A DNA stretch of 64,000 nucleotides from contig CAYLMU010000003.1 in NCBI GenBank assembly GCA_964385105.1, positions 2,470 through 66,469 of the forward strand, in the 5' to 3' direction. Every line of letters begins with the position of its first letter. Positions within the stretch are counted from its first letter, which is position 1. Source of the stretch: an uncultured Candidatus Saccharibacteria bacterium (lineage in GTDB: Bacteria > Patescibacteriota > WWE3 > UBA101185 > UBA10185). Below are positions 61,520 through 64,000 of the stretch, one piece after another. The notes beneath the pieces were generated by a model. It was given only the letters and a program-made list of their open reading frames with translations. It was not told where the DNA came from and made no database searches. The position numbers were made by a program, and so were the translations under genes.

Positions 61520-61783
61520 CTAATCTCCCGCCAAGGGAAGTTCTGCCGGCTCATCACAGGGTTCATCACAAGGCACCTTTTCGGATGAAATTACTACAAT
61601 TCTGTACTCAATACCATTAAGCTCAATTTGCTTTTCTTCAACTAACTGTCGTAAAGCTTCGTCGAGCTCCTTGTCGCTCATGTCGTTTGCAAGGGTCAAT
61701 GGCAATAAATCGACTCGCGTAGTTGGACTCCTGCCTAGGCGGGCAACTAAAATATGTTTAAACTCTTCGAAATCGGGAAACAT
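61520..61783 (-). CDS. Small hypothetical protein, possibly winged-helix
   Basis: AAGGAG SD; ELDEALRQLVEEKQIEL...YRI. Confidence 0.6.
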   Translation of the reverse strand: MFPDFEEFKHILVARLGRSPTTRVDLLPLTLANDMSDKELDEALRQLVEEKQIELNGIEYRIVVISSEKVPCDEPCDEPAELPLAGD

Positions 61784-61934
61784 GCTCAACTCCTTTACTA
61801 GATTAGGGGCTTATAAAGTTGTAATTATTTTATCGGCATGTACTCAAATTATCAAATTGATTCTAAACATTGCATGTTGATAATACAGTCTCCAAAGGTA
61901 CAAATTTTCTTAAAGAGTTGTAACTACAATAAAT

Positions 61935-62861
61935 CTAAAAAAGTGACATCTGGTTATCATTAACCTCAACACTCTTCCCCTCATCCGGCCCGTTATAATC
62001 AGTAAAACCAAGCCTCTTAATCAAACTTTTAAACCTGTATTTTTCAAGCACTTTTTTTACTTCACCCGCGTTATAGTCGCTGTAATAACATTCATTTAAA
62101 TTCACATCCATTGGAACATCCCTTATTATAGTTGCAAGCTTTTTGCTCATTATTGCTTCTTCATAATTATTCAAAAGTTTTTCTTTTAGCTTTACCGGAT
62201 GGATTTGGTCGATGTTATTATAAATTCCTTCAACGCTTCCATACACCTCAATTAAATTTTTTGCTGTTTTATCTCCAATTCCGTAAACTCCGGGTATGTT
62301 ATCACTTGGATCACCTCTCAATGCTTTGTATTCAACCAACAATTCCGGATTAAACCCAAGTCTTGCTTCAGCTTCCCTCATACCCACCAAATCAGCAGAG
62401 CCTTTAGTTGAAGGTATCATTATCAAAACTTTATCATTTATCAACTGCCACAAGTCTTTGTCATTTGACGCAATTATTACTTCAATATCTTCATCTTTGG
62501 TTTTTTCAACCATTGTTCCAATAATGTCATCTGCCTCATACCCGTCAACAGTTAAAGATTTAACACCAAAAGCATCTATAACTTCAAAAATTTTTGGAAT
62601 TTGTTGCGAAAGGTCATCTTCCATTGGCCTGCGATGTGCTTTGTAACCGGTAAAGTCCTCAACTCTAAAAGTAGGTTTTTTACTATCTAAAGCAGCCACG
62701 GCATAATCAGGCTTTAAAGTTTGAAAAATGCTAATTAGCATTGATGTTGTGCCGTATATTGCATTTGTAGGGTTACCGTCGCTATCAGTTAAAGTTTTGG
62801 GTAAAGCAAAGTAAGCTCGGTGTAAAAAGTTAAATGTGTCTATAAGCAGAAGTTTTTTCAT
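61935..62861 (-). CDS. Stand-alone 5'-3' exonuclease/flap endonuclease (PolA N-terminal domain)
   Basis: LLLID, RAYFA, YKAHR, YEADD, DKD, GDPSDNIPGV.GIGDKTA; no polymerase domain. Confidence 0.93.
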   Translation of the reverse strand: MKKLLLIDTFNFLHRAYFALPKTLTDSDGNPTNAIYGTTSMLISIFQTLKPDYAVAALDSKKPTFRVEDFTGYKAHRRPMEDDLSQQIPKIFEVIDAFGVKSLTVDGYEADDIIGTMVEKTKDEDIEVIIASNDKDLWQLINDKVLIMIPSTKGSADLVGMREAEARLGFNPELLVEYKALRGDPSDNIPGVYGIGDKTAKNLIEVYGSVEGIYNNIDQIHPVKLKEKLLNNYEEAIMSKKLATIIRDVPMDVNLNECYYSDYNAGEVKKVLEKYRFKSLIKRLGFTDYNGPDEGKSVEVNDNQMSLF

Positions 62862-62887
62862 TAGTAATGTAGCATAATTAATGTAGC

Positions 62888-64000
62888 TTACGACTCCATG
62901 AGTTCGGCAAATTCACCTCCGTCGATTGTTTCTTTATCAAGTAAAACCATTGCAACCTGGTCAAGCTTATCTTTATTATCCTGCAAAAGCTTTCTTGCCA
63001 AATCATACTGTTTTTCAATAATATCTTCTACTTCGGCATCAATTTTTGCTGCTACTTCCTGGCTCACAACGTGTGCCTCGCCCATTTGTTTGGCAAGCCA
63101 ATGTCTTTCTTCATCACCACCCAAGTTAATCGGCCCAAGTGAACTCATTCCCCACTCAGTAACCATTTTTCTTGCAATGTTGGTTGCTTTTTCAAAATCA
63201 TTTGCAGCACCGGTAGTTATTTCATTAAATACAACTTCTTCAGCAACTCTTCCGCCCATTATCATTGCAATCATAGCTAATAATCTTGTTTTACTTTCAT
63301 TGTACCTGTCTCTTTCAGGAGGCAAACTTGTATGACCTAAAGAGCCGCCTCTTGGAACAATAGTCACTCTACCCACAGGGTCTAAACTTCCAACTAAAGC
63401 TCCAACAATTGCGTGTCCAGCTTCGTGGTATGCAGCAAGTTTTCTGTCATTTTCATCTTGAAGGCGCTTTCTTTCAGGCCCCATGGTTACTTTAAGAGCT
63501 GCATTATCAATGTCTCTCATGGTAATTGTTTTTCTGTCCTCTCTTGCAGCATAAATGGCAGACTCGTTTAAAACGTTTTCAATGTCGGCTCCGCTAAACC
63601 CAACTGTCTTTTTTGCAACTTTTTCTAAATCAAAGTCTTCAGCAAACGGTTTTCCCTTCATGTGAATTTGAATTATCTCTTTTCTGCCCTCAAGATCAGG
63701 CATCGGAATAGTTACTTTTCTATCAAACCTTCCCGCCCTAACCAAAGCCGGATCAAGCATATCAGGCCTGTTTGTGGCAGCAATCACAATTACATTAGTT
63801 CTTTCGTCAAAACCATCCATTTCAATTAAAATCTGGTTTAAGGTTTGTTCTCTTTCATCATGACCTCCACCGATTCCCATACCTCTTTGTCTACCAATAG
63901 CATCAATTTCGTCTATAAAAATAAGTGCGGGTTGTGCTGTTTTTGCCATTTTAAATAAATCCCTCACTCTGCTTGAACCCACACCAACAAGCATCTCCAT
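62888..64000 (-). CDS. ftsH: ATP-dependent zinc metalloprotease FtsH (5' part outside the window)
   Basis: FIDEIDAIG, EREQTLNQ, ATNRPD.LD.AL.R.GRFD, HEAGH. Confidence 0.97.
   Translation of the reverse strand: MEMLVGVGSSRVRDLFKMAKTAQPALIFIDEIDAIGRQRGMGIGGGHDEREQTLNQILIEMDGFDERTNVIVIAATNRPDMLDPALVRAGRFDRKVTIPMPDLEGRKEIIQIHMKGKPFAEDFDLEKVAKKTVGFSGADIENVLNESAIYAAREDRKTITMRDIDNAALKVTMGPERKRLQDENDRKLAAYHEAGHAIVGALVGSLDPVGRVTIVPRGGSLGHTSLPPERDRYNESKTRLLAMIAMIMGGRVAEEVVFNEITTGAANDFEKATNIARKMVTEWGMSSLGPINLGGDEERHWLAKQMGEAHVVSQEVAAKIDAEVEDIIEKQYDLARKLLQDNKDKLDQVAMVLLDKETIDGGEFAELMES

Overview
AT-rich bacterial chromosome segment. The gene content (giant LamG surface protein, two sortases, split ComEC, stand-alone 5'-3' exonuclease, 23S rRNA not linked to 16S) suggests a Patescibacteria/CPR genome, possibly WWE3/Microgenomates-like; this is an inference. 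It carries housekeeping genes (rplJ-rplL with L10 leader, ndk, argS, obgE, rho, rpsA, clpC-radA-PIN/TRAM, partial ftsH), a competence cluster (dprA-comM-arsR-comEA-comEC-MBL), envelope glycosyltransferases, four tRNAs and a tRNA-Ala-23S-5S unit. There are two highlights. (1) The 23S gene holds a 736-nt group I intron at E. coli position 1931, encoding a LAGLIDADG endonuclease. Its P7 guanosine-binding G-C pair is flipped to C-G with full compensation, and its last base is A rather than G, making it a candidate natural adenosine-dependent self-splicing intron. (2) A ~5.1-kb element (large serine recombinase plus gene II/X-type rolling-circle Rep) is integrated at the 3' end of tRNA-Ser. Its att core lies inside the integrase ORF, so integration or excision would swap the integrase C-terminal tail. 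Also seen: an orphan ~100-nt hairpin ncRNA candidate, orphan genes sharing a CTATAG(G) promoter motif and long interrupted terminators, and widespread apparent leaderless initiation in core genes.
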